A DNA stretch of 35,182 nucleotides, taken from Tepidiformaceae bacterium (GTDB lineage Bacteria; Chloroflexota; Dehalococcoidia; Tepidiformales; Tepidiformaceae). How positions within the stretch are numbered: position 1 is the stretch's first letter; each line of letters begins with the position of its first letter. Below the pieces are notes generated by a model that searched no databases, was not told the DNA's origin, and worked only from the letters and a program-made list of their open reading frames with translations. Of the stretch, positions 8,632 to 16,582 are shown in pieces. The translations under genes were made by a program, and so were the position numbers. The stretch is from contig DATCGT010000257.1 in NCBI GenBank assembly GCA_036508775.1, positions 1 through 35,182 of the forward strand, in the 5' to 3' direction.

Positions 8632-8991
8632 ATGGCAGCAGGTGGTATCGGGCTCATAGTGATCACGCTGGTGGGCATCGGGATGGCGGCGATCGGCTGG
8701 CTGGGGTGGCTCGAACGGCTTCCACCGAACCACTTCGCGGGGATCCGAACGCCGTTTACGATGCGCAGCCCGGAGAACTGGTACCGGACACACCATGCGG
8801 CCGCCCCGTTGCTCATCTTCGGCGGCATTGCCGTCGTTGCGGTTGGGATTTCGTGCATCCCGTTTGCGGTGGCCGACAAGCTGCCGGTCGGATTCGTGCG
8901 CGTGGTCATGTCCGCCCAAGTGGGCATGGTCCTGGCGAGCGCATTTGTCTCGTGGAAGGTTGGCGTTAGCGCGGCGAAACGGGGCAAGTAG
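8632..8991 (+). CDS. SdpI/YhfL-family small integral membrane protein
   Basis: 119 aa with 3-4 predicted TM helices. The family signature is visible: N-x3-G-I-R-T-P-x-T-x2-S-x2-N-W (PPNHFAGIRTPFTMRSPENWYRTHH). GAGGTG SD lies 7 nt before the ATG. Confidence 0.7.
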   Translation: MAAGGIGLIVITLVGIGMAAIGWLGWLERLPPNHFAGIRTPFTMRSPENWYRTHHAAAPLLIFGGIAVVAVGISCIPFAVADKLPVGFVRVVMSAQVGMVLASAFVSWKVGVSAAKRGK

Positions 8992-9002
8992 AGATATCAG
9001 GT

Positions 9003-9024
9003 TCCCCGCTGCACGGTGCGGGGA
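9003..9024 (+). terminator. GC-rich stem-loop after the SdpI-like gene (possible terminator or processing site; no U-tract)
   Basis: TCCCCGC (9003-9009) and GCGGGGA (9018-9024) form a 7-bp stem with an 8-nt loop. It begins 12 nt after the stop codon. Confidence 0.3.
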
Positions 9025-9066
9025 GATACTGGACCAACGTAAATACTCCTGAAACAGGATTTGCCC

Positions 9067-10308
9067 GTGCCGAAACTGGTGCTCGCCTACTCGGGTGGTC
9101 TCGATACCACTACCGCCATCAAGTGGCTTTCCGTCGAACAGGGCTATGACGTCATCGCCCTGAATATCGACGTTGGGAAGAGCCGCGAACAACCCGTTGT
9201 GGAATCACGCGGAATGGCGGTCGGTGCGCTAAAGGTCAGAGTCATCGACGCGAAAGAGGATTTCATCCGGTACTTCGCATTCCCCGCACTCGCTGCGGGA
9301 GCGGTCTACCAGGACGCCTATCCGCTCGCCACGGCCCTGGCGCGGCCTCTCATGGCAAAGCTGCTGGTGGACGTCGCGCACGAGGAAGGCGCCACGGCTG
9401 TGGCACACGGGTGCACGGGTAAGGGTAACGACCAGGTGCGCTTCGACGTCGGCATCATGACGCTCGACCCGAAGTTGAAAATCGTCGCGCCGACGCGCGA
9501 GAACGCGATGGCGCGCGAATATCAGATTGAGTACTTGAAGGAGCACGGGGTGGACATCCCGTGGGCTGCGAAGGGGCCGTTCAGCATCGACGAGAACCTC
9601 TGGGGCCGCAGCTGCGAAGCTGGAGTGCTGGAGGATCCGTGGCAGGAGCCGCCTGCTGAAGCGTATGAGTGGACCCGCTCGGCGGAAGATGCTCCAGCGG
9701 AACCCACGTATCTCGAGATCGGCTACGAGCACGGCATGCCGGTCACGCTAGATGGCGAGGCGATCACCGCCGTTGCCATGGTGGAGCGACTTAACGAGCT
9801 GGGCGGAATCTACGGCGTGGGCCGGATTGACCACATCGAAGACCGGCTCGTGGGCATCAAGAGTCGCGAGATCTACGAGTCGCCCGCGGCGGTGGTCCTT
9901 CACACGGCGCATCGCGCACTCGAGGCGATGACGCTCTCCAAGCAACAGATCAAGCTCAAGAAGGTCATCGCCACTGAATACGCGGAGTTGATCTACAACG
10001 GCCTCTGGTTCAGTGCCCATCACCAGGACATCGCCGCGTATGTCGCCAGCACACAGCGGCATGTCACCGGGACGATCCGGGTGCGCCTGCAGCGCGGCCA
10101 GGCCACCGTGGTGGGCCGCAAGGCGACAGAGTCGCTCTACGACCGGTCGCTTGCCACCTACGACCGTGGCGACACCTATGACCAGACGGCCGCCGTGGGC
10201 TTCATCAACATCTGGGGCCTGCAGACCCGTGTTCAGGCACAAACGCAGCTCCTGACCGGCGGGCAGGAGACCCTGAAGATCGCGATGCACCAGGAGGAAG
10301 GCGCGTGA
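9067..10308 (+). CDS. argG: Argininosuccinate synthase
   Basis: LVLAYSGGLDTT ATP-pyrophosphatase motif, ...AHGCTGKGNDQVRF..., and GRIDHIEDRLVGIKSRE. I prefer GTG 9067 (AGGA 7 nt upstream) over the ORF-track TTG at 9061. Confidence 0.93.
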   Translation: MPKLVLAYSGGLDTTTAIKWLSVEQGYDVIALNIDVGKSREQPVVESRGMAVGALKVRVIDAKEDFIRYFAFPALAAGAVYQDAYPLATALARPLMAKLLVDVAHEEGATAVAHGCTGKGNDQVRFDVGIMTLDPKLKIVAPTRENAMAREYQIEYLKEHGVDIPWAAKGPFSIDENLWGRSCEAGVLEDPWQEPPAEAYEWTRSAEDAPAEPTYLEIGYEHGMPVTLDGEAITAVAMVERLNELGGIYGVGRIDHIEDRLVGIKSREIYESPAAVVLHTAHRALEAMTLSKQQIKLKKVIATEYAELIYNGLWFSAHHQDIAAYVASTQRHVTGTIRVRLQRGQATVVGRKATESLYDRSLATYDRGDTYDQTAAVGFINIWGLQTRVQAQTQLLTGGQETLKIAMHQEEGA

Positions 10309-10655
10309 CGGACGTGTCAGAGCAGGCGGTAACAGTTCGCTACGAAGGCGGAAATGCGCAGACCGAACTGTGGGGTGGTGCCCAGGCGAACTTCGTCGTC
10401 TCGGGGGCCGGTGAGCACCAGCACGAGGTCGCCGTTCTCCTGCCGGAAGCCGTCGCCTCCTACCTGGCGCAGACACTCGGGCGAGATGACAGCGCTGAGT
10501 TTCATATGGTCGCCGCGCGCGAAGCGGGCGCGGCGTACCTGGAAAGCCTGCTCAAGGCGGGGAAGCACATCGCCCCGTTCCTTATGCTTGCCAGGGCGGA
10601 GCTGGATGGTGACGCGGGACTCCTCGCAACGGTGAAGGCGCGGCTGCACGCATAA
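10305..10655 (+). CDS. Hypothetical protein (116 aa), translationally coupled to argG
   Basis: GTG 10305 overlaps the argG stop (GTGA). A strong SD, AGGAGGAAGG (10292-10301), sits 7 nt upstream. Third positions are G/C-rich throughout. No domain recognised. Confidence 0.55.
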   Translation: MTDVSEQAVTVRYEGGNAQTELWGGAQANFVVSGAGEHQHEVAVLLPEAVASYLAQTLGRDDSAEFHMVAAREAGAAYLESLLKAGKHIAPFLMLARAELDGDAGLLATVKARLHA

Positions 10656-10667
10656 GCTGGTGGTGAC

Positions 10668-12296
10668 ATGACCCTCGCTGGCGGGGCTGACTGGTGGCGC
10701 CGAGCGGTCTTCTATCAGGTCTATCCGCGGAGTTTCCAGGACACGAACGGCGACGGTATCGGCGACCTGCAAGGGATCATCGACCGTCTCGACTACCTGA
10801 ACGACGGCACTGACCGTTCTCTCGGCATCGACGCGATCTGGCTCTCACCGACGTATCCCTCTCCCATGAAGGACTTCGGGTACGACGTCTCGGACTATTG
10901 CGACGTCAGCCCGGAATTCGGCGACCTCACGACGATGGACCGGCTGATCGCGGAGTCTCACCGCCGCGGGATCCGGGTCCTACTGGACTACGTTCCTAAC
11001 CACACCTCGGACCTCCACCCCTGGTTCATCGAGGCTCGCCAGTTGCGCGAGAGTCCAAAACGGGACTGGTACGTCTGGCGGGATGCCAGGCCCGACGGCG
11101 CGCTCCCGAACAACTGGCGATCGGTGTTCGGTGGTTCTGCCTGGGAGTACGACGTGGGAACGGCCCAGTACTACCTGCATTCCTTCCTGGTGGAGCAGCC
11201 GGACCTCAACTGGCGCAACCCGGAGGTCGTGGCCGCGATGCACAACGTCCTTCGCTTCTGGCTGGGGCGCGGGGTCGACGGCTTCCGGATCGATGTTGTT
11301 GGGATGATCCTGAAGCATCCCGGGCTGGCGGATAACGTTGAGGACCCGGTATGGGAGCCGGGGGCCGCGTTCTCCCGGTACCTTTCGCAGAACAACCGGA
11401 ATTACCCGGACGTCTTCGAGGCGGTGCGTGGGATTCGATCGGTGTTGGACGAATTCCCCGGGACGATGGCGGTCGGTGAGGTTTCCGGCACGGCGGAGGA
11501 ACTGGCGCACTTCTACGGCGATAGTGCACTGGATGGGCTGCAGCTGGCTTTCAACTTCAGGCTGATCTGCGAAGTTGAGCCCACTCCGACCCCGTGGACG
11601 GCAGAAGCGATCCGGCGGGTTGTGAACGCATCCGAAGCCGTCTTACCAGCCGGGGCCCAGCCATGCTTCGCGCTGAACAACCATGACCAGCCCCGCTTCA
11701 TCAGCCGGCACGACAGCGACGGACACGGCAGGGACCGCGCGCGCGGAGCGGTGCTCCTCCTGCTTGGTCACCGATCAACGCCGTTCCTGTACTACGGCGA
11801 GGAGGTCGGGATGGGAAACGTCGACATCCCGGAGGAGCGGTTACGTGACCCGGCACGGATCCTCACCATCGGCCGCGATCCTGAGCGGACTCCGATGCAG
11901 TGGGACGGGACCGAATCGCGTGGCTTCTCCGAGGCGGAGCCGTGGCTGCCCTACGGGCCGCGGACCACGAACGTCGCGGCCCAGGTCGACGCCCCGGACT
12001 CCATGTTATCGCTGTACCGGCGCGCGCTGCGTGTCCGGCATGACCAGCGTGTACTCACCGAGGGCACGTACCACGAGTGCGCAGCCCCGGACGGCGTGTT
12101 CGCGTTCATGCGCGAGGCGGCCGGTTCGGCCCCCGTGTTCGTTGTCGTCAATACGACCGGTGAGGCGGTCACGGTCCGGCCTTTTGACAGCCCGTGCGAG
12201 GTACTTGTCGCCTCTGACCTGTCGAGGGAACGATACTTTGCTGACGGCGACGTCACGGTCGAGGCATTCGGTGCCGCCTGGGTCGCCCGCCGCTGA
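10668..12296 (+). CDS. GH13 alpha-glucosidase / oligo-1,6-glucosidase-type enzyme
   Basis: 542 aa. WWRRAVFYQVYPRSFQDTNGDGIGDLQGIIDRLDYL, DAIWLSP, VLLDYVPNHTS, GFRIDVVGM (nucleophile Asp), AVGEV (acid/base Glu), and NNHDQPR. All four GH13 conserved regions are visible. Confidence 0.9.
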   Translation: MTLAGGADWWRRAVFYQVYPRSFQDTNGDGIGDLQGIIDRLDYLNDGTDRSLGIDAIWLSPTYPSPMKDFGYDVSDYCDVSPEFGDLTTMDRLIAESHRRGIRVLLDYVPNHTSDLHPWFIEARQLRESPKRDWYVWRDARPDGALPNNWRSVFGGSAWEYDVGTAQYYLHSFLVEQPDLNWRNPEVVAAMHNVLRFWLGRGVDGFRIDVVGMILKHPGLADNVEDPVWEPGAAFSRYLSQNNRNYPDVFEAVRGIRSVLDEFPGTMAVGEVSGTAEELAHFYGDSALDGLQLAFNFRLICEVEPTPTPWTAEAIRRVVNASEAVLPAGAQPCFALNNHDQPRFISRHDSDGHGRDRARGAVLLLLGHRSTPFLYYGEEVGMGNVDIPEERLRDPARILTIGRDPERTPMQWDGTESRGFSEAEPWLPYGPRTTNVAAQVDAPDSMLSLYRRALRVRHDQRVLTEGTYHECAAPDGVFAFMREAAGSAPVFVVVNTTGEAVTVRPFDSPCEVLVASDLSRERYFADGDVTVEAFGAAWVARR

Positions 12297-12321
12297 GCGA
12301 GCCGAATGGTATTCTCGACGC

Positions 12322-12876
12322 ATGCCTGAACGGCGACGTATCCCGGTAGCCCTGGAAGACATCCCTTCCGTTCCTTCGTCCGGTGAGGACGAGGCGGAAG
12401 AGCCGTGTGACTGCCCGAGGCTCGATTCCGTGGACTGGAACGAGGTCGAGAGCGATTGGGGCGACATAACGTTCTTGCGGAGCGCAACGAACGCGGTGCT
12501 CGGCGTACCGGTCGGTTATGCGGGGACGCGAGACGCGTTGCGGGCGAAGGCAGCGGCGCTCGGCGCGAGAATCCCTGAGGATGCGATGCTCCTGATGGGC
12601 GCGGGTCAGTTCCGGCGCCCGGTCATGCTCGAAGTGGAAGGCCTCGACCCGTCAACGAGGGGTGTCTGGGCTCCCGGAGGCGTGGCTTACACCCGACTCC
12701 TGCCGGCCCCATGGGGTGAGCTGAAGAAGCTCGTGAAGGAAACCGAGTCGATGGCGACCGCGAAATACGGGCGGCGACCGGACGGCGTCTGGGTCTGGTA
12801 CCTGACCTGCCGCATCTGCTCGGCTCAGCGGAGTTTCGAGACGCTCATCCTGGCGCACTATGGGACGCGAAGGTGA
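12322..12876 (+). CDS. Hypothetical protein (184 aa) with CxC ... CxxC cysteines
   Basis: MPERRRIPVALEDIPS...EPCDCPRLDSVDWNEVESDWGDITF...VWVWYLTCRICSAQRSFETLILAHY. Codon bias looks coding. I set the start at the first ATG after the GH13 stop. The ORF-track start at 11683 lies inside the GH13 gene in another frame. No obvious SD. Confidence 0.55.
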   Translation: MPERRRIPVALEDIPSVPSSGEDEAEEPCDCPRLDSVDWNEVESDWGDITFLRSATNAVLGVPVGYAGTRDALRAKAAALGARIPEDAMLLMGAGQFRRPVMLEVEGLDPSTRGVWAPGGVAYTRLLPAPWGELKKLVKETESMATAKYGRRPDGVWVWYLTCRICSAQRSFETLILAHYGTRR

Positions 12877-13052
12877 GCGATTGGGGCGGGCCCGGATGAC
12901 GGTTTCGGCGATGTTCGGCTACGATGAGGATGCGCCGGCAACCTGCCGGCCAAGGGTTACGCCGGTGACCAGTCACAGGGGATTCGCATTTCGAGATCCA
13001 CGACACCTGTCGCTGGGCCGTTGCGTTTGCCCGCCCGGCCTCTGCCTTACAC

Positions 13053-13080
13053 CGCCCCGCGGCGAGTAGCCGGCGGGGCG
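13053..13080 (+). promoter_or_regulatory. Strong GC hairpin inside the ~280-nt leuS upstream region
   Basis: CGCCCCGC-GGC gagta GCC-g-GCGGGGCG gives 11 bp with one bulge. It lies about 75 nt before the leuS start. A second hairpin, GCCGGC aacct GCCGGC, is at 12934-12950. Confidence 0.3.
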
Positions 13081-13155
13081 TCTCCGAAGCCCAACCTCTC
13101 GTTTTCCCATCCCGGGCAACAAACCCGATACCTACGAATGTCGAGGTGCTCGATC

Positions 13156-15603
13156 GTGGCAGATCGCTATGACCCCAATGCAGTCGAATCAAAGTGGCAG
13201 GCGCGATGGCTGACCGACCGGCTCTACCACGCTCCTGACGAGGACCCGCGGCCCAAGTGGTACGCGCTGACGATGTTCCCCTACCCCAGCGGTGACCTCC
13301 ATACCGGCCACTGGTATGCGATGGTCCCGAGCGACGTGGCGGCGCGGTATCACCGCATGCTCGGCTACAACGTGATGTTCCCGATGGGTTTCGACGCCTT
13401 CGGTCTCCCCGCCGAGAACGCCGCCATCAAGCACGGCATCGACGTCACGGAGTGGACCAACACCAATATCGAGCGGATGCGCGGCCAGCTCCACAAGATG
13501 GGCGCCAGTTTCGACTGGGAGCGCGAAATCGTGACCTGCGACCCGGACTACTACCGGTGGACCCAGTGGTGGTTCCTGCAGCTCTACAAGAACGGTCTTG
13601 CCTATCGTTCCCTGGCGGCGGCGAACTGGTGCCCGGGTTGCCAAACCGTGCTCGCGAACGAGCAGGTCGTCGATGGGAAGTGCGAGCGCTCCGACGACAT
13701 TGTCGAGCGACGGATGCTGACCCAGTGGTTCTTCAAGATCACCGCCTACGCGGAGGAACTGCTGCGTTTCGATGGGATGCAGTGGCCGGAGCGTGTGAAG
13801 ACGCTGCAGACGAACTGGATCGGTCGTTCGGAAGGGGCGCTGCTCGACTTCAAGGTTGACGTCGAGGGCATCACAGAGCCCGTGACGGTGTTCACAACGC
13901 GCCCGGATACGGTGCACGGTGTGACCTTCATGGTCCTGGCGCCCGAGCACCAACTGGTGGATCGGATTACCACGCCCGCGCAACGGGCGGAAGTCGAACG
14001 CTACGTGCAGGCGACTCGACATCAGACCGAGATAGAACGTCTCTCGACCGAGAAGGAGAAGTCCGGCGTCTTCACGGGGGCCTATGCCGTCAACCCGTTC
14101 AACGGGAAGCGCTTCCCGATCTGGATCGCGGATTACGTGCTGGTGACATACGGCACCGGGGCCGTCATGGCGGTACCCGCCCACGATCAGCGTGACTTCG
14201 ACTTCGCGAAGAAGTACGGACTGGAGGTCATCCCGGTCTTCGACTCGGAGGAAGTAGACGTAACGAAGCCGCTGGTGCAGGCGATCCCGCACGGCAGGAG
14301 GATGGTGAACTCCGGGCCCTTCGACGGGACGCCGGACGCCGAGGCGGTCGCGAAAGTCATCGCATATGCCGAGCAGACGGGGTTTGGGCGCGGCACGGTC
14401 AACTTCCGTTTGCGCGACTGGTTGATCTCGCGGCAGCGCTTCTGGGGTGCGCCCATCCCGATCGTGCACTGCGAGGAGCATGGGATCGTCCCCGTCCCCG
14501 AGGACCAACTGCCGGTGAAGCTGCCGGAGAAGGTAACCTTCGGAGCTTCCGGACAGAGCCCGCTCTCGCTGATCGATGGGTGGGTGAATGTTCCCTGTCC
14601 GATCGATGGGAAGCCGGCACGGCGCGAGACGGACACGCTGGACACGTTCATGTGCTCGAGCTGGTATCAGATGCGCTATATCGACCCACACAACGCTGAA
14701 CGCCCCTTCTCAGCGGAGATGGCGCGACAGTGGTTGCCCGTCGACCAGTACACGGGCGGAGTCGAGCACTCCGTCATGCACCTGCTCTACACCCGCTTCT
14801 TCTGGAAGGCAGCGAGGGACATGGGGATCGTCGAGGGAGGCGAGCCTATGATCCGGCTGTTCAACCAGGGCGTTATCCTGGGGCCTGACGGAAACCGCAT
14901 GTCCAAGAGCCGCGGCAACGTCGTGGCTCCGGAGGAGCAACTGGACCAGTGGGGCACGGACGCGTTCCGCTGTCAGTTGATGTTCATTGGCCCATGGGAC
15001 CAGGGTGGCCCCTACAACCCGACGGGCATGGCCGGGATCGTGCGCTGGCTGCACCGCGTGTGGTCGCTCGCCACGGAAACGCCCGTCCTGGCCGATCGTC
15101 CGCAGTCGGCCGAGGCGGTCGCACTGCGACGCGCGACGCACAAGACAATCCAGGCCGTGACAACCGAGATGGAGAACTTCCGCTTCAACACGCTGATCTC
15201 GCGGCTGATGGAGCACAGCTCAGTGTTGCAGCGAACGAGAGAAGCGGCCGGTCCGGTCGATCGCGTGTCCTGGGAAGAAGCGATCAACGCAATGCTCCGG
15301 ATGGTGGCGCCGCTGGCGCCGCACCTGGCAGAGGAACTCTGGGCGCAACGTGGGGGCGGCTACAGCATCCACTTCCAGTCGTGGCCGTCATACGACGCCG
15401 CGCTGGCCAAGGATGAGAGCGTAGAACTGGTCATCCAGGTCAACGGAAAGGCACGCGCGACCCTACAGCTCCCGCTGGGGGCGAGCAAAGAAGAAGCAGT
15501 GGCTCAGGCGCTCGCGCTTCCTCGCGTGAAGGAGTGGCTGGCCGGCAACGAACCGAAGCGGACGATCCACGTGCCGGACAAGCTGCTCAATCTCGTCGTG
15601 TGA
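13156..15603 (+). CDS. leuS: Leucine--tRNA ligase
   Basis: YDPNAVESKWQARW, PYPSGDLHTGH (HIGH), a CP1 editing domain, and RMSKSRGN (KMSKS). I prefer GTG 13156 (GAGGTG 6 nt upstream). Alternatives are ATG 13138 and the ORF-track start at 13021. Confidence 0.95.
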   Translation: MADRYDPNAVESKWQARWLTDRLYHAPDEDPRPKWYALTMFPYPSGDLHTGHWYAMVPSDVAARYHRMLGYNVMFPMGFDAFGLPAENAAIKHGIDVTEWTNTNIERMRGQLHKMGASFDWEREIVTCDPDYYRWTQWWFLQLYKNGLAYRSLAAANWCPGCQTVLANEQVVDGKCERSDDIVERRMLTQWFFKITAYAEELLRFDGMQWPERVKTLQTNWIGRSEGALLDFKVDVEGITEPVTVFTTRPDTVHGVTFMVLAPEHQLVDRITTPAQRAEVERYVQATRHQTEIERLSTEKEKSGVFTGAYAVNPFNGKRFPIWIADYVLVTYGTGAVMAVPAHDQRDFDFAKKYGLEVIPVFDSEEVDVTKPLVQAIPHGRRMVNSGPFDGTPDAEAVAKVIAYAEQTGFGRGTVNFRLRDWLISRQRFWGAPIPIVHCEEHGIVPVPEDQLPVKLPEKVTFGASGQSPLSLIDGWVNVPCPIDGKPARRETDTLDTFMCSSWYQMRYIDPHNAERPFSAEMARQWLPVDQYTGGVEHSVMHLLYTRFFWKAARDMGIVEGGEPMIRLFNQGVILGPDGNRMSKSRGNVVAPEEQLDQWGTDAFRCQLMFIGPWDQGGPYNPTGMAGIVRWLHRVWSLATETPVLADRPQSAEAVALRRATHKTIQAVTTEMENFRFNTLISRLMEHSSVLQRTREAAGPVDRVSWEEAINAMLRMVAPLAPHLAEELWAQRGGGYSIHFQSWPSYDAALAKDESVELVIQVNGKARATLQLPLGASKEEAVAQALALPRVKEWLAGNEPKRTIHVPDKLLNLVV

Positions 15604-15621
15604 TGCCCTAAAACAGCAGGG

Positions 15622-15876
15622 TCAAGCGATAGTAAAGTAGACCGTATCTTCAACGACCCACGTATTGAGGGTCTTGTTGGCGCGCTTGGCGGCGCGGCTA
15701 ATACGAAGCGCGATTCCGCGTGAGGTCTCGCCGCGGTTCGGTACAAGCTTGCCCACTTTGCCGGGCCCGACACTCTCCACGTACTTTTCGTATTCGCGCA
15801 TGCGAGCCGCGAGACGGCCGGTCTGGCGGCTAGGACGCGGGGCTTCGGTTTCCTTGACAACGGTGAATTCGGCCAC
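15622..15876 (-). CDS. Hypothetical small basic protein (84 aa)
   Basis: GTG start with GGAGG 8 nt upstream. Third positions are G/C-rich. Lys/Arg-rich sequence (...RLAARMREYEKY...RGIALRISRAAKRANKTL...). Convergent with leuS. No family recognised. Confidence 0.55.
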   Translation of the reverse strand: MAEFTVVKETEAPRPSRQTGRLAARMREYEKYVESVGPGKVGKLVPNRGETSRGIALRISRAAKRANKTLNTWVVEDTVYFTIA

Positions 15877-15978
15877 GACTGATGCCTCCTGATCGCCCCA
15901 ACAAGCGGGGCGAAAATCTCAAACTAGCGAACGGTACCAATTCCGGCATCCTTGCGAGCCGAAAGCGGTGTGGGAAAC

Positions 15979-16007
15979 AGTATACCAATCAGAGCTGCAA
16001 CCGTCAG
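15979..16007 (-). promoter_or_regulatory. Candidate sigma-70-type promoter for the 84-aa ORF
   Basis: The minus strand reads CTGACG - 17 nt - TATACT. It would give a ~95-nt 5' UTR containing the hairpin CGCCCC/GGGGCG (15894-15912). Confidence 0.3.
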
Positions 16008-16043
16008 GAAAGAAGTTAGCGCTACCACGCTTCCAGTGGTCAA

Positions 16044-16556
16044 TTAGCGTCGTTCTTGCAGACTGCTAAGGCTCTTTCCGACCGAGTCGAGGAATGCCTG
16101 GAGCTGACTTTCGAGGCGTCGTAGCACCTCAAGTGAGTACTCATCGGCGTCGTCGAGTTGCTTACTGGCGGCCTCAGCGGCTTCGCTAAGGTGAGCAGCA
16201 GCCGTCGCATCGGCTTCCGCCACCGATTGGCGTGCACGCGATTCCGCATCGATGAGCATCTGCTGGCTTCGTTCCTGCGCCTCGCGAACGATGGAACTCT
16301 GTTCAACCAGCCTCATGCGCTCAGCCTCAGCATCATGCAGAGTGCGCTTTGCGATGTTATGGGCATCGTTCGTGATCTGATCGCGGGTTTCGAGGACCTG
16401 CTGTGCCTGGCGAATATCCGCGGGGACGGCGAGTCGCATTTGGTCGATGAGGTCGAGCATGCGCTTCCGATCGACGACGAGGTTGCCTCCAACGGGCAAC
16501 CTTCTCGCCTGGATTACGAGCTCTTCAAGTCCATCGATAAGGTCCAGAATTTCCAA
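16044..16556 (-). CDS. Conserved coiled-coil protein of unknown function (170 aa)
   Basis: TTG start 26 nt after the coaD stop. N-terminal block MEILDLIDGLEELVIQARRLPVGGNLVVDRKRMLDLIDQMRLAVPADIRQAQQVL, followed by a long Q/E/A/R-rich helix. It resembles proteins often mis-annotated as ATP synthase b/H-like. Confidence 0.65.
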   Translation of the reverse strand: MEILDLIDGLEELVIQARRLPVGGNLVVDRKRMLDLIDQMRLAVPADIRQAQQVLETRDQITNDAHNIAKRTLHDAEAERMRLVEQSSIVREAQERSQQMLIDAESRARQSVAEADATAAAHLSEAAEAASKQLDDADEYSLEVLRRLESQLQAFLDSVGKSLSSLQERR

Positions 16557-16582
16557 TGGGTCCGTCCCGACGGTGGGTACCG

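Noticed and set aside
10305-10655. Possibility that the 116-aa ORF is a remnant of argH (it contains LWGG, as in the ArgH N-terminus MxLWGGRF)
   Set aside because: Only these four residues match. They lie about 20 residues into the ORF, and nothing downstream resembles the fumarase/ArgH fold. There is also no frameshifted continuation, because the GH13 gene starts 13 nt later.
12877-13155. T-box riboswitch or Leu leader-peptide attenuator upstream of leuS
   Set aside because: I could not find the conserved T-box sequence, a specifier-loop layout, or a Leu-codon-rich mini-ORF. The region is kept only as an unassigned structured leader.
13189-14691. 500-aa minus-strand ORF inside leuS
   Set aside because: It is antisense to the LeuRS catalytic and editing domains. 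The composition is Arg/Leu/Pro/His-rich and no domain is recognisable.
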